Shown: positions 46,831-56,326 of the stretch, piece by piece
Numbering within the stretch: the first letter of the stretch is position 1
Layout of the letters: each line of letters starts with the position of its first letter
Source: a bacterium
GTDB taxonomy: Bacteria; Joyebacterota; Joyebacteria; Joyebacterales; Joyebacteraceae
Reading direction: 5' to 3'
Length of the DNA: 64,000 nucleotides
Assembly (NCBI GenBank): GCA_025782395.1
Contig: JALGZD010000219.1
Span: 205,560-269,559, forward strand
The notes under the pieces: generated by a model
Seen by the model: the letters and a program-made list of their open reading frames with translations, nothing else
The model's database searches: none
What the model was told of the DNA's origin: nothing
Translations under genes and position numbers: made by a program

Positions 46831-48243
46831 CTACTCCAGTTCGATCGACCGAACCTCTCCGAAATTCGAGAGCGGCTGATCGAAGGTATCCTCGTCCCCC
46901 ACGACCATGATCGCCAGGCCGTCCGGGTGCAGATATGTCGCGGCGGCCCGCCGGACATCCTCGAGAGTCAGCGCCGTTATCGTATCTATGTCGCGCTCTG
47001 GAGTGTCGAGCGGCCTTCCCTCCCACTTGAGATGGACCAGCTGGAAGACCGCGCGCGATTTCGAATCGTACTCGAAGACGAAGCTGTTGATGTAGCTGTC
47101 CCTGGCTCGCTCGAACTCCTCTTCGGTCGGCCCGTCATCCCGCATCTCACGGATGATATCGAGAATGAGGGTGATGGCTCTTCCCGCCGCATCCGCCCTC
47201 GTCTGAGATGAGGCGATGAACGTACCGAAGGTCCACGGATCGTCGCCGTAGCGCGAGTAGGCCGCGTACGCGAGCCCCTCATCGGTCCTCACCTTCTGCG
47301 TGATCCGCGATGAGAAACTGCCACCGCCGAGGACGTAGTTCATTATCTGCACCGCCATGCTGTCCTCGTTGCGGCTGTTGAGGCCCAAGTGGCCGATCAT
47401 AATAACGGCCTGGTTCAGGTCCTTGTACGCATAGCTTATGGACGGTTCGAACGAGAGTTCCAGGAGCGTATCCGGCTGCACGATCATGGTGGCCGGCTCC
47501 CATCCAACAAATGCCTCATCGAGCGCAGCCATGACCTCGTCACGAGTCACATCGCCTGAGATACCTATGATCGCGTTGTTCGGATGAAAGAAGTTGCGAT
47601 GAAACCTCACGAGATCGTCGCGCGTTATGGCAGCGACCGTCTCCTCGGTATTGTGCCAGGCCATCGGATGGTCTCCGTAGACGACCTTCCTGAACTCCCT
47701 GATCGCGATTCTGCGCGGCTCGTCATTCTCGCGCCTGATGTTCTCAAGCATCGTCGATCGTCTGAGTTCTATCTTATCCTCCGGAAAGCTTGGGCTCTTC
47801 AGAAGCTCTCCCAGAATCTCCAGGCAGAGATCGAGGTCCTTCTTGAGACAGTTGACGTGAACCATTGCCGTGAGAGCTGTGCTGTAGACCTCGACCCTCG
47901 CGGCGACAAACTCGAGTTCCTCATTGATTCTCTCCGCGGGCCACTCCTCGGTCCCCCCGTTTCTGATCACCCACGCGGCGAGTTCGTTCAGCCCGGTCTT
48001 GTCCCTCGGGGCTCTCGAAGTCGGAATGAGCATGTAGATATCGACGATCGGAACCTCGCGATCCTCGATGAAGAACCCGGTCATGTCGTTGTCGAAAGAG
48101 ATCTCCTCGTACTCGATGGGTTCGAGAGTGATATCATCGAACGTGAGCTTGCTCGGGTGCTTCACCCTGCCGGCATCGGCCTGCGCAGGAAGCAGGATGA
48201 TGACCGCCAGAAGAATCAGTGTGACTGCAAGTGGTCTCCTCAT
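46831..48243 (-). CDS. M16-family (pitrilysin/insulinase-like) peptidase subunit, probably the non-catalytic partner.
   Basis: Signal peptide; M16 N/C domain architecture without a clear HxxEH motif. Adjacent to the HxxEH-bearing M16 gene. Confidence 0.65.
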   Translation of the reverse strand: MRRPLAVTLILLAVIILLPAQADAGRVKHPSKLTFDDITLEPIEYEEISFDNDMTGFFIEDREVPIVDIYMLIPTSRAPRDKTGLNELAAWVIRNGGTEEWPAERINEELEFVAARVEVYSTALTAMVHVNCLKKDLDLCLEILGELLKSPSFPEDKIELRRSTMLENIRRENDEPRRIAIREFRKVVYGDHPMAWHNTEETVAAITRDDLVRFHRNFFHPNNAIIGISGDVTRDEVMAALDEAFVGWEPATMIVQPDTLLELSFEPSISYAYKDLNQAVIMIGHLGLNSRNEDSMAVQIMNYVLGGGSFSSRITQKVRTDEGLAYAAYSRYGDDPWTFGTFIASSQTRADAAGRAITLILDIIREMRDDGPTEEEFERARDSYINSFVFEYDSKSRAVFQLVHLKWEGRPLDTPERDIDTITALTLEDVRRAAATYLHPDGLAIMVVGDEDTFDQPLSNFGEVRSIELE

Positions 48244-48287
48244 CGTACGCTCCTTGATCTTGACGGTGGTCGGCCTGATCTCATGTT

Positions 48288-50183
48288 CTAGTTCGGATCC
48301 GCGTCGGTCTTCTCTCCGGCGCCCTGCTCATCCTGCATCCGCGCCCACAGTTCCTCCCCGAGCTTTTGTCTTTCCTGATCGCTCATGGACTGGAACTGCA
48401 TCATGAGATCGCGCTGTTCCTCCTCGGGAAGCGTGGTCATCACCCACTGCATGAGCACACGCATATCCACCTCGTCACCGCTTTCTCCTCCATCCTCGGA
48501 GGCGGTCTCCACGAGCCACCCAACCGTCCTGTTCTCTTCGGTGAGGTACTTGTTAGCGACGCGAACGATATCATCCGACGTCACCTGCTTCATGCGCTCC
48601 ACGTCCAGCAGAAGCTCGCGCCAGTCGCCGCGCAGCGCCTGGTACATACCGATACGAAACGCCAGTCCTATGTTCGAGCCGAGCGCCCGCACGAGTTCGG
48701 CTTCGTTGGAATTCAGCTTACGCTCGATTTCGCGCTCGGAGACACCCTCGGCCTTCATGAGTTCGATCTCCTCGTAGATGGCCGTCTCGACATCCAGGAG
48801 CGTATGCGGCTCCTGTGGCTCCGCGCCGATCTGGAAGATCGGATCCAGCCGGTTGCCGGGTCCGATGTAGGCGTACGGCGCGCCGCGCGTCAACCCCTTC
48901 TCATCGTAGATGGAGCGATAGAAACGGCTGGTGCGCCCGTTCGAGAGAATCGAGGCCAGCATCCCAAGCGCGTAGAAGTCGGGGTGCGGCGCCTTCGGCA
49001 CGTGATAGCCGATAGTGAGAACGGGCTTCGCGTCGAGCTTCACGACCACTCGCCGTTCACCTTGCTGTGCAGGCTCGATGTCCGTGATGTGAGGCAGCGG
49101 CTCTCCGGCGTCGACCTTCCCGAAGTATTTCTCGGCCAGCTTCTTCACATCATCGAAAGCCACGTCGCCCGTGATTACCACGGTCGCGTTCTGTGCTCCG
49201 TAGTGGCGCGCGTAGTACGCGGCCAGGTCCTTGCGCGTAATGTCCTCGATGTCGGTCATCCAGCCGAGCACGGGACTTCCGTACATGCAGGCGCTATAGG
49301 CGGTGGCCATGAACGCTTCATCAAGCACGTCTTCAGGCCTGTTCTCGCTCATGCGCCGTTCCTCCATGACCACATCCTTCTCCGAGTAGAACTCCCGGAA
49401 AGTGGAGTTGGCCATCCGGTCGGACTCCATCAGCATCCAGAGCTCGACCCTGTTCGAGGGAAGGTAGGCGAAGTAGAAGGTACCGTCGTACGAAGTTCCC
49501 GCGTTGAGCATGCGGGAACCGTTGTTCATGTAGGTCTCCCAGAACTCGTTGGAGATTATGAGCTCCCGGTGTTCGGCCATCGTGTCGTAGAGCTCCATCT
49601 CGAGCCCCAGGAGCTCCAGATAGCGATCGAAGTAGTCGACCTCGCCCTGCCTCACGAGTCCGAACACATCGAGCATCTCGTCTGTGGGTCCCACGGCGGA
49701 GAGCCTCTCAACGAGAAGCTCGAGTTCGAGCGCCCTGTCCGCCCCGAGCACCTCCCGGTCCCCCTCCGAAAACCCCGAGGTCACATCGTCGGTGAGACTC
49801 TGGAAGAACTCCAGCCTCCACGGTTCGAGTTCGCGTCTGAGATCCCGCGCCGCCTCAGCGAGCTCATCCTCGCGTTCGAGATACGGGATCTCTTTCTTGT
49901 AGTCGGTCGTTCCGATGGTCTCGGTCCCCTTGAAGAGCATGTGCTCAAGGAGATGTGAGATTCCCGTGATGCCGGGACGCTCGTAGACGCTACCGACCTT
50001 GAAGGCGACAGCGCCGAAGAAGACGGGCGCCTCATGGCGTTCAACGACCAGGAAGGTCATCCCGTTGTCCAGCGTGAATTCCTGGACCTTGTCTTCGATA
50101 GTCTGGGCATTCGCGACCGTCACGAGTGCGAGACACACGGACAGCGCAACCCAGAGGAAGCGAGAGCTCCCCCTCATCGGCAT
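48288..50183 (-). CDS. M16-family zinc peptidase (HxxEH).
   Basis: Signal peptide (MPMRGSSRFLWVALSVCLALVTVANA), inverted zinc motif ISHLLEHMLFKGTE and about 630 aa. Confidence 0.75.
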   Translation of the reverse strand: MPMRGSSRFLWVALSVCLALVTVANAQTIEDKVQEFTLDNGMTFLVVERHEAPVFFGAVAFKVGSVYERPGITGISHLLEHMLFKGTETIGTTDYKKEIPYLEREDELAEAARDLRRELEPWRLEFFQSLTDDVTSGFSEGDREVLGADRALELELLVERLSAVGPTDEMLDVFGLVRQGEVDYFDRYLELLGLEMELYDTMAEHRELIISNEFWETYMNNGSRMLNAGTSYDGTFYFAYLPSNRVELWMLMESDRMANSTFREFYSEKDVVMEERRMSENRPEDVLDEAFMATAYSACMYGSPVLGWMTDIEDITRKDLAAYYARHYGAQNATVVITGDVAFDDVKKLAEKYFGKVDAGEPLPHITDIEPAQQGERRVVVKLDAKPVLTIGYHVPKAPHPDFYALGMLASILSNGRTSRFYRSIYDEKGLTRGAPYAYIGPGNRLDPIFQIGAEPQEPHTLLDVETAIYEEIELMKAEGVSEREIERKLNSNEAELVRALGSNIGLAFRIGMYQALRGDWRELLLDVERMKQVTSDDIVRVANKYLTEENRTVGWLVETASEDGGESGDEVDMRVLMQWVMTTLPEEEQRDLMMQFQSMSDQERQKLGEELWARMQDEQGAGEKTDADPN

Positions 50184-50369
50184 CCCCTTTCCTGAGACCC
50201 GGGTCTCACGACCCGAAGCCGTCGGGTGTGGTGTGTGTGCGATGAGGATACACACCCGCGAGGGATGCGTCAAGAATGGGTAGGTAGACGCTGTGCATCG
50301 AAACGGGAAGCCCCTGGGAGAGCGAAAAGAACGAGCTCTGCGCCCCAGGAGCGCCGCCATGGCAACCGA

Positions 50370-51624
50370 TCAACGCCCTGCGGACCAGTACACCTCCAGC
50401 ACAGGAGGGTTCGACTGCTGGTCCACCGTCGTGATCGCGTGGCCGCACACAGCGGGAAGCAGGATGATCACGCCGTGGTTCTCGGTTTCGTCGCTCACCC
50501 ATCGCTGCACTACATGCGTGAGGTCAAGCGACACGGACATTGTCTCTGTGGCGTCACTGACGTACGTCGCACACGCGTGCTCGTTGAAGTCTCCGCCTGC
50601 CGTCTCCCAGTCGGTCGACCAACCGACGCTCTCAGCATCCCACGCCGTCGTCACGGGGTACGCTTCGATCACAACTGGCGGTAGAGACCCGACCTCGGGT
50701 AACGTGACCTCAGCGCGCATCCGGAGCCGCGCGAAGTCGATCGTGGCCCCATTCAGCACCTCAGGGATCTCGAACGAGACGAGGTAGCGTGGGATCACCG
50801 GGCCACACCAACACGGGCATCAGCCTGCAGCCGCCGCTGGAACCTCCGAGTGTCCCATCACCCCATCCCCCGGCAACACCGGCAACGCCGGTTCCGTTGT
50901 TGGTGATGGCATCAGCTATCCCTGCAACGCTCGTCCCGTGGTCACCCACAACCGAATAGACGTCACTGCTGTTGGCGTGGAAATCCCATCCATAGGGGTC
51001 ATCCATATAGCCGTTGCCATCATCATCGACATCATCCGAACCTCCGCCCTGCTCTGTCTCGGGCCAGTTCACCCAAAGAGCACGCTCAAGATCCTCGTGA
51101 TCGGAGAGGATGCCATCATCGATGACAGCGATGACAACTGCCGTATCCCCAGCGGAGATCTCCCATGCACTGCAGGCGTCCATATGGGATGGCTTCATGT
51201 CCCACTGACGACTGCTGTAGTACGTGTCATTTGGATTGGACGCCCACTTGGCTACAGGCACGAGTTCGGCGAGTTCCACAAGCGGGCTTCCGCAGTATGT
51301 GTCAAGAACATCGAGAGGATCCAGTGTGTCCGGATACGCAAGCACCGTGAGTCCTGAGCCGAACGTCACAAGCTCACTTGCAGTGACTGAGGAATTGAGG
51401 CTGTCGATCGAAGAGGCCGCTGCGTCCGGCTCGAACCGCACGGACATCCGGCCCGGCACGATCTCATAGAGCTGGCCGCGCGAAATCTGAAACAGAGTAT
51501 CTCCTGATGAGGTGAACCCCCTTCCGCAACACGTCTCTTCACTCCTCGACTCACTCGTAGCGCATAGAAGCACCGATATCGCGAGTATGATCAGGCATGC
51601 GCCGATCCTCACTCTCTGCCTCAT
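50370..51624 (-). pseudogene. Disrupted S8 subtilisin-like serine peptidase: the Asp and His motifs are present, the frame is lost after the His region and the Ser motif is absent.
   Basis: The 51624..50761 ORF has a signal peptide, AVIDDGI...HEDL (Asp) and GDHGTSVAGIA (His), but ends about 60 aa after His. The 50798..50370 ORF continues in another frame and lacks GTSMA. This is either a genuine pseudogene or an assembly frameshift. Confidence 0.45.
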
Positions 51625-51667
51625 TGCACCCTTCCCAAATCGCCGTGGCAGCCGCCAGCAAGACAGT

Positions 51668-53419
51668 CTATTCGAACACGATCGTCTTCCCTGCGGCCAC
51701 CGAGCTGCCGCACTTGGCTCTCACGAGATACACACCCCGCGTGACGGACCGACCTTCGTCGGTCAGACCGTCCCAGCGCACTTCCAATGCCCCGCCACCG
51801 TCGACATGGGTTTCAGAAAGATGTCTCACAAGTCTGCCTGCGGGGTCGAAGACATCCACAATCGTCGACCCATGCGCACCGCGAACGTGGCACAGCAGAC
51901 CGCCGGAGGCAAAGGGCGAGATTACAGCCAGCGACAGCTGCGCAGAACTGGTCGGGCTCTCGTTCGGCACCGACGTTCCAATCTCCTCGGTCGTGCCGAC
52001 GCGGAGGCGGTCAAGGAAGATGCCGCGAGCGGGAGTCCCCCCGGTCACTCCTCTCACCTGCTCGATGCAGAGTCTCATGTGCGATCCAGAGAGCACGGCA
52101 CCGACGTATTGCGGATCAAGCGGAAACGCGACCGTGTGCCAACCCTCGTCGAACATCGGCAGCGAGAGGGCCTCGCAGAAACTCGACCGAGAGCCCAAGC
52201 ACTCGACAGTCTCATCAGCAGATACTCTCATGGTTACGTAGGCCGGAGCATCACTCGGCAAGTCGAAGTACCCTGTGAGTTCAAGGACCATGGCGTCGTA
52301 ATCTGTGATGCCGGCCACGCCGAACGCGGGTGTTACGATCGACGCCCACTGCCCATCTGCAGTGAAGCCGGTTTCCGTATCAACCGCGGCGATGACCCAG
52401 TTCCCTACGATCCCCCGGGGGGGCGGCGCGACGAGCGAGTCGGAAGGAACCCTCCACCATGTGACCCCCGCCTGTTCACTCCCCCCATTCGAAGCCGTCC
52501 ATCCAATGTTGTCAGGGTTGAGCGAGTCCTCGAAATCAGCAGCGAAGACGAGTTGACCCTCGTTGCGGACTTCGACTTCGTCAATGTACCAGCCTCCGTC
52601 CGTGAACGCGGCATGCGTATTGCAGTGGCTCCATCGCTCAGACGAGTAGAACGCATCCGATTCAAGTCGCCATCTAATGCGAACCTGATGCCCTGCCCAG
52701 CTACCTATGTCAATCACAGGATGAGATAGCTCGGGGTCCCAGTAGTCCCAGTCAATGAGGACTCCTGGTGTTGATCCGAACGGGATATTCGAAATGCAGT
52801 AGATTGTCTCGAAGGTGTCCGGGGGGGCACCATCGATGACGGCGAGCTCGACATAGCCGTAATCGTACCCCGATTCAAGCCCGACCCTCTGGCGGAAGCT
52901 GAGCTCAAGCGAGTCAGCTGAAAAGGAGGTCAAGTCCACGTCTCGCCAGAGCAGCTGGCACCACTGGTCACCGTAGCCAGGCGTAGGCCAGCACGCATCA
53001 CTGCGCCCACACCAGAATGACCTGTCTGGAGGCTGCCCGTCCTGGAAGGCGCGGAACGTGTCGACGTGCCACTGTGGCTCTAGTGGAGGATGCTCGCTGA
53101 AGTCGAAGGTGAACCAGCCTGTCAACTCATCCCCCGGCTCACCAAGGTCTTCTGTTCCGGCGTTGCATCCGCCGAAGTTCTCGAAATCAGCGTCGAAGAT
53201 CCATAGCGTGTCGGCATCGCGGTCCGCAGTCGGATCAGACCACGTCCAAGGAGCAGAGTCAGCGATCGGGTCGCTCCCTCCTGCGGTTGAGATGAGAGGC
53301 ACGAGGAAGACCAGCAGAAGGACAGCCGCAATCGAGCCGCCAGCGTGTGTAGGGCTCGCGCACATCACAATCACCTCCTCTGGATGCTGCCAGATGAGTC
53401 CCACCCACTCAGGAGACAT
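51668..53419 (-). CDS. Secreted protein, paralog of the 13834..15372 protein, with a T9SS-CTD-like C-terminus.
   Basis: Shares TLWIFDADFE, WCG..D.CW..GYGDQWCQLLWRD and YDYGYVE motifs with the 13834 protein. The C-terminal ~85 aa Ig-like tail (GVYLVRAKCG...KTIVFE) is present. Confidence 0.55.
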   Translation of the reverse strand: MSPEWVGLIWQHPEEVIVMCASPTHAGGSIAAVLLLVFLVPLISTAGGSDPIADSAPWTWSDPTADRDADTLWIFDADFENFGGCNAGTEDLGEPGDELTGWFTFDFSEHPPLEPQWHVDTFRAFQDGQPPDRSFWCGRSDACWPTPGYGDQWCQLLWRDVDLTSFSADSLELSFRQRVGLESGYDYGYVELAVIDGAPPDTFETIYCISNIPFGSTPGVLIDWDYWDPELSHPVIDIGSWAGHQVRIRWRLESDAFYSSERWSHCNTHAAFTDGGWYIDEVEVRNEGQLVFAADFEDSLNPDNIGWTASNGGSEQAGVTWWRVPSDSLVAPPPRGIVGNWVIAAVDTETGFTADGQWASIVTPAFGVAGITDYDAMVLELTGYFDLPSDAPAYVTMRVSADETVECLGSRSSFCEALSLPMFDEGWHTVAFPLDPQYVGAVLSGSHMRLCIEQVRGVTGGTPARGIFLDRLRVGTTEEIGTSVPNESPTSSAQLSLAVISPFASGGLLCHVRGAHGSTIVDVFDPAGRLVRHLSETHVDGGGALEVRWDGLTDEGRSVTRGVYLVRAKCGSSVAAGKTIVFE

Positions 53420-53605
53420 TTGAGCCTCCCTTAAATCCTACGATATCCCCGGTCACTATTCAACATCCATCTCCACAACCTCGCTTCTTCGGAGATGCCG
53501 CTCTGTGCCTACCCGGTGCCTCAGCTACACCGATACTCTGCGCTCCCAAGACCGCCCACGGCATGCTATGATGGAGTTGTGGATTCGTCCTTGTCGAGGG
53601 TAACC

Positions 53606-54877
53606 ATGCGCGTTTCTTGCACCATTCCAGTTCGCATCGGTCTGGCACTTGCCTTGGTCGTTCTCTCCGCCGCCGGGGCGCCCGCCGAGACAATCCACGT
53701 CGACCAGGCCGGCGGCGGAGACTACCTGACCATCCAGGAGGGCATCGACGCGGCAACGTATGGGGACACAGTCCTAGTGTTGCCGGGTGTTTACTCCGAG
53801 CGTTTGGTGATGGGCGCGGACAAGGACGGGATCACACTGACGTCGAGGGGTGGAGCCGATTCCACATCGCTCTCGATGGGGGGCAGCGCCGGACTTCCTC
53901 TTCTCCACATAGAGGATGTCGGACCTGCAACGATTGTCTCGGGACTGACCTTCGAGGACAACCGGGCTCAGCGCCCGCAGCTCGGTGGTGGAGGAATCCT
54001 GGCGGAGGGATCCGGCGTCACCATAGAGGACTGCGTCATCCAGGACTGCTACGCGTCGTACCACGGAGGGGGACTGGCGATCCACGATCCCGCCGGGACC
54101 ACGATCCGAAGGAATGTCATCCAGCGGAACTCGGCCGGGGACGGAGGTGGAATGTGCCTTTGGGATTCGGGCTCAGCCACCGTGACGGACAACGTCTTCA
54201 GGGAGAACGCTGTCTCGGGCTGGTATACGGTGGGCGGAGGCGGCGCCCACATCTCCGGGGCAGCGGTCACGCTCACAGGCAATGCCTTTGAAGACAATGT
54301 CTGTCTCTTTGCTGGCAATGGGGGCGGAGCTCTACTGGCCGGGTCCGGAGCCGTGATCACCGCGGAATCGAACATCTTCGTCGGCAATGAGGGTAGTGGT
54401 GCAGTGATGTACCTGCGAAACGTCACGCTCCACGCGAGCGGCAACGTCATCTCGGGCAACGCACCCTCCGGCGCATGCATCAACCTCTCTGAGTTCCTCA
54501 GCTCCCCTGAGAACGACGTCACGTTTGCCGACAACATCATCCACGGCAATGAAGGTCCAATCCTGCGCGTCTGGAAGAACGTCCTTCCCAGCTTCGTGGG
54601 CAACAGCATCGACCCGAATGGTTACCTCGTGCTCAACGTCAGCGAGGGCGCTCATGCCGGTACCCTCGACGCATCCGGCAACTGGTGGGGAACAACCGAC
54701 CCGACAGAAATCGCCAGCCTCATCCACGACTGTGTCGACGACCCGGCAATTGACTCGTGCGTCGACTTCTCCGACTGGTGCACCGACCCCTCCTGCGACG
54801 GCCAGGTGACATCAGTCGAAGATCCGCCCGAGGCAGCCCCTGTGAGCTGGGGACGGATCAAGAGCCTGTACAGGTAG
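53606..54877 (+). CDS. Secreted parallel beta-helix repeat protein, copy 1 of a tandem pair sharing a near-identical C-terminal module.
   Basis: Signal peptide MRVSCTIPVRIGLALALVVLSAAGAPA; IHVDQAGGGDYLTIQEGIDAATYGDTVLV...; beta-helix rungs; C-terminal NWWGTTDP..DFSDWCTDPSCDGQVTSVEDPPEAAPVSWGRIKSLYR. Confidence 0.6.
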   Translation: MRVSCTIPVRIGLALALVVLSAAGAPAETIHVDQAGGGDYLTIQEGIDAATYGDTVLVLPGVYSERLVMGADKDGITLTSRGGADSTSLSMGGSAGLPLLHIEDVGPATIVSGLTFEDNRAQRPQLGGGGILAEGSGVTIEDCVIQDCYASYHGGGLAIHDPAGTTIRRNVIQRNSAGDGGGMCLWDSGSATVTDNVFRENAVSGWYTVGGGGAHISGAAVTLTGNAFEDNVCLFAGNGGGALLAGSGAVITAESNIFVGNEGSGAVMYLRNVTLHASGNVISGNAPSGACINLSEFLSSPENDVTFADNIIHGNEGPILRVWKNVLPSFVGNSIDPNGYLVLNVSEGAHAGTLDASGNWWGTTDPTEIASLIHDCVDDPAIDSCVDFSDWCTDPSCDGQVTSVEDPPEAAPVSWGRIKSLYR

Positions 54878-54878
54878 G
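54762..54878. repeat. Copy 1 of a ~117-bp duplicated segment encoding the shared C-terminal module of the two beta-helix paralogs; the second copy is at 56159-56276.
   Basis: gtcgacttctccgactggtgcaccgacccctcctgcgacggccaggtgacatc[a/g]gtcgaagatccgcccgaggca... is about 93% identical between the copies. The element aggcatctcacatccatga recurs at 54976-54994 and 56274-56292. Confidence 0.8.
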
Positions 54879-54990
54879 TCTGGCGCCAAGGCGTCTGTCG
54901 TCTGAGTGGAATCCGATGCGAGGAACCCGTGCTATGAGAGATACGGCGCCACACGTCGGCCCTCACTTGCTTGGCAGGCATCTCACATCC

Positions 54991-56274
54991 ATGAGCAGCC
55001 GTCGTTGTTGGTCCGCCCGGACGCTCCTTGCAGCTGCCCTGCTCGTGGCGGCCGCTGCCACCGCTTGTGCTCACATGATCCACGTCGACCTAGCTGGCGG
55101 CGGCGACTACCTCACCATCCAGGAGGGTATCGACGCCGCTTCGTACGGCGACACTGTCCTTGTGGCGCCGGGCACGTACTACGAGCATCTCTATATGGGA
55201 CCCACCGCAGACGGGGTGACTCTGCTGAGTGAGGCCGGCCCTGAGTCGACCGTCATCGACAACGAGGGCGTGTCCCACTACTCGGTTATCCACTGCGAGA
55301 ACGTGGGGGGCGACACACGGATCGAAGGGTTTGCGATCACGGGGGGAGACTCCTACTACTGGGGCGGCGGCATCAGAGCCGACAACGCCGATGTGCGGAT
55401 AGTCTCGTGCACGATCACAGGCTGCCGTGCCGCTCGGATGGAGGGAGGTGGCATCGGAAGCTCCGACTCTTCCATCGAGGTGAGCGGCTGCTGGATTGAG
55501 GGCAACCGCGGTGGTGACGGGGGCGGGATCGGCGTGTGGGGTGGTGAGGCAATCATCAAGGAGAACACGATCATCGGGAACGTGGCCGCCTCCTTTACCG
55601 CCAACCAGTCAGGTGGTGGCATCTACGCCTCCTGCAGTCATGCCGAGATCACCGACAATCTCATTGAGGGCAACTCCGCCCTCCACGGGGGGGGCATTGA
55701 GGTCTGGGGAGGCGACGACACATCCATCATCGGCAACAGGATCATGGGCAACTACGCAGGCTCCGTTGGTGGAGGAATCGCTCTCTACAACAGCGCCTGC
55801 TTCGCTAGCGGCAACACCGTTGCCGGTAACCACGCTAACCAGTTCGGCAGTGGAGCAGTGGACGTGCGAGACCCTAGTAGCTCGCCGCCACGAGCGCCAG
55901 CGCAGTTCATCAATAACGTCTTCTTCAACAATACGAGCGACGGGGACGAATCCGCCATCCGGATCCGCCAGGGCGGCCCCACCCCGATCTTCAACAACAA
56001 CTTCTTCGCGGACGATACGACCTACGAGGTTCTCGTAACCTCAACCCCATCCGCCGACACCATCGACTTCACAGGCAACTGGTGGGGAACCGATGATCCA
56101 GCCGAGATCGCCGCGAAGATCTACGACTGCAACGATGACCCCGGACTCCTCTGGTGCATCGACTTCTCCGACTGGTGCACCGACCCCTCCTGCGACGGCC
56201 AGGTGACATCGGTCGAAGATCCGCCCGAGGCATCCCCTGTAAGTTGGGGACGAATCAAGAGTCTGTACAGGTAG
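54991..56274 (+). CDS. Secreted parallel beta-helix repeat protein, copy 2 of the tandem pair.
   Basis: Signal peptide MSSRRCWSARTLLAAALLVAAAATACA; IHVDLAGGGDYLTIQEGIDAASYGDTVLV...; C-terminus NWWGTDDP..DFSDWCTDPSCDGQVTSVEDPPEASPVSWGRIKSLYR. Confidence 0.6.
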   Translation: MSSRRCWSARTLLAAALLVAAAATACAHMIHVDLAGGGDYLTIQEGIDAASYGDTVLVAPGTYYEHLYMGPTADGVTLLSEAGPESTVIDNEGVSHYSVIHCENVGGDTRIEGFAITGGDSYYWGGGIRADNADVRIVSCTITGCRAARMEGGGIGSSDSSIEVSGCWIEGNRGGDGGGIGVWGGEAIIKENTIIGNVAASFTANQSGGGIYASCSHAEITDNLIEGNSALHGGGIEVWGGDDTSIIGNRIMGNYAGSVGGGIALYNSACFASGNTVAGNHANQFGSGAVDVRDPSSSPPRAPAQFINNVFFNNTSDGDESAIRIRQGGPTPIFNNNFFADDTTYEVLVTSTPSADTIDFTGNWWGTDDPAEIAAKIYDCNDDPGLLWCIDFSDWCTDPSCDGQVTSVEDPPEASPVSWGRIKSLYR

Positions 56275-56276
56275 GC
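56159..56276. repeat. Copy 2 of the ~117-bp duplicated 3' segment.
   Basis: See the 54762-54878 entry. Confidence 0.8.
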
Positions 56277-56326
56277 ATCTCACATCCATGACCGGCCTCG
56301 ATGCTCCGCACGATGCTCCCCGTGAG

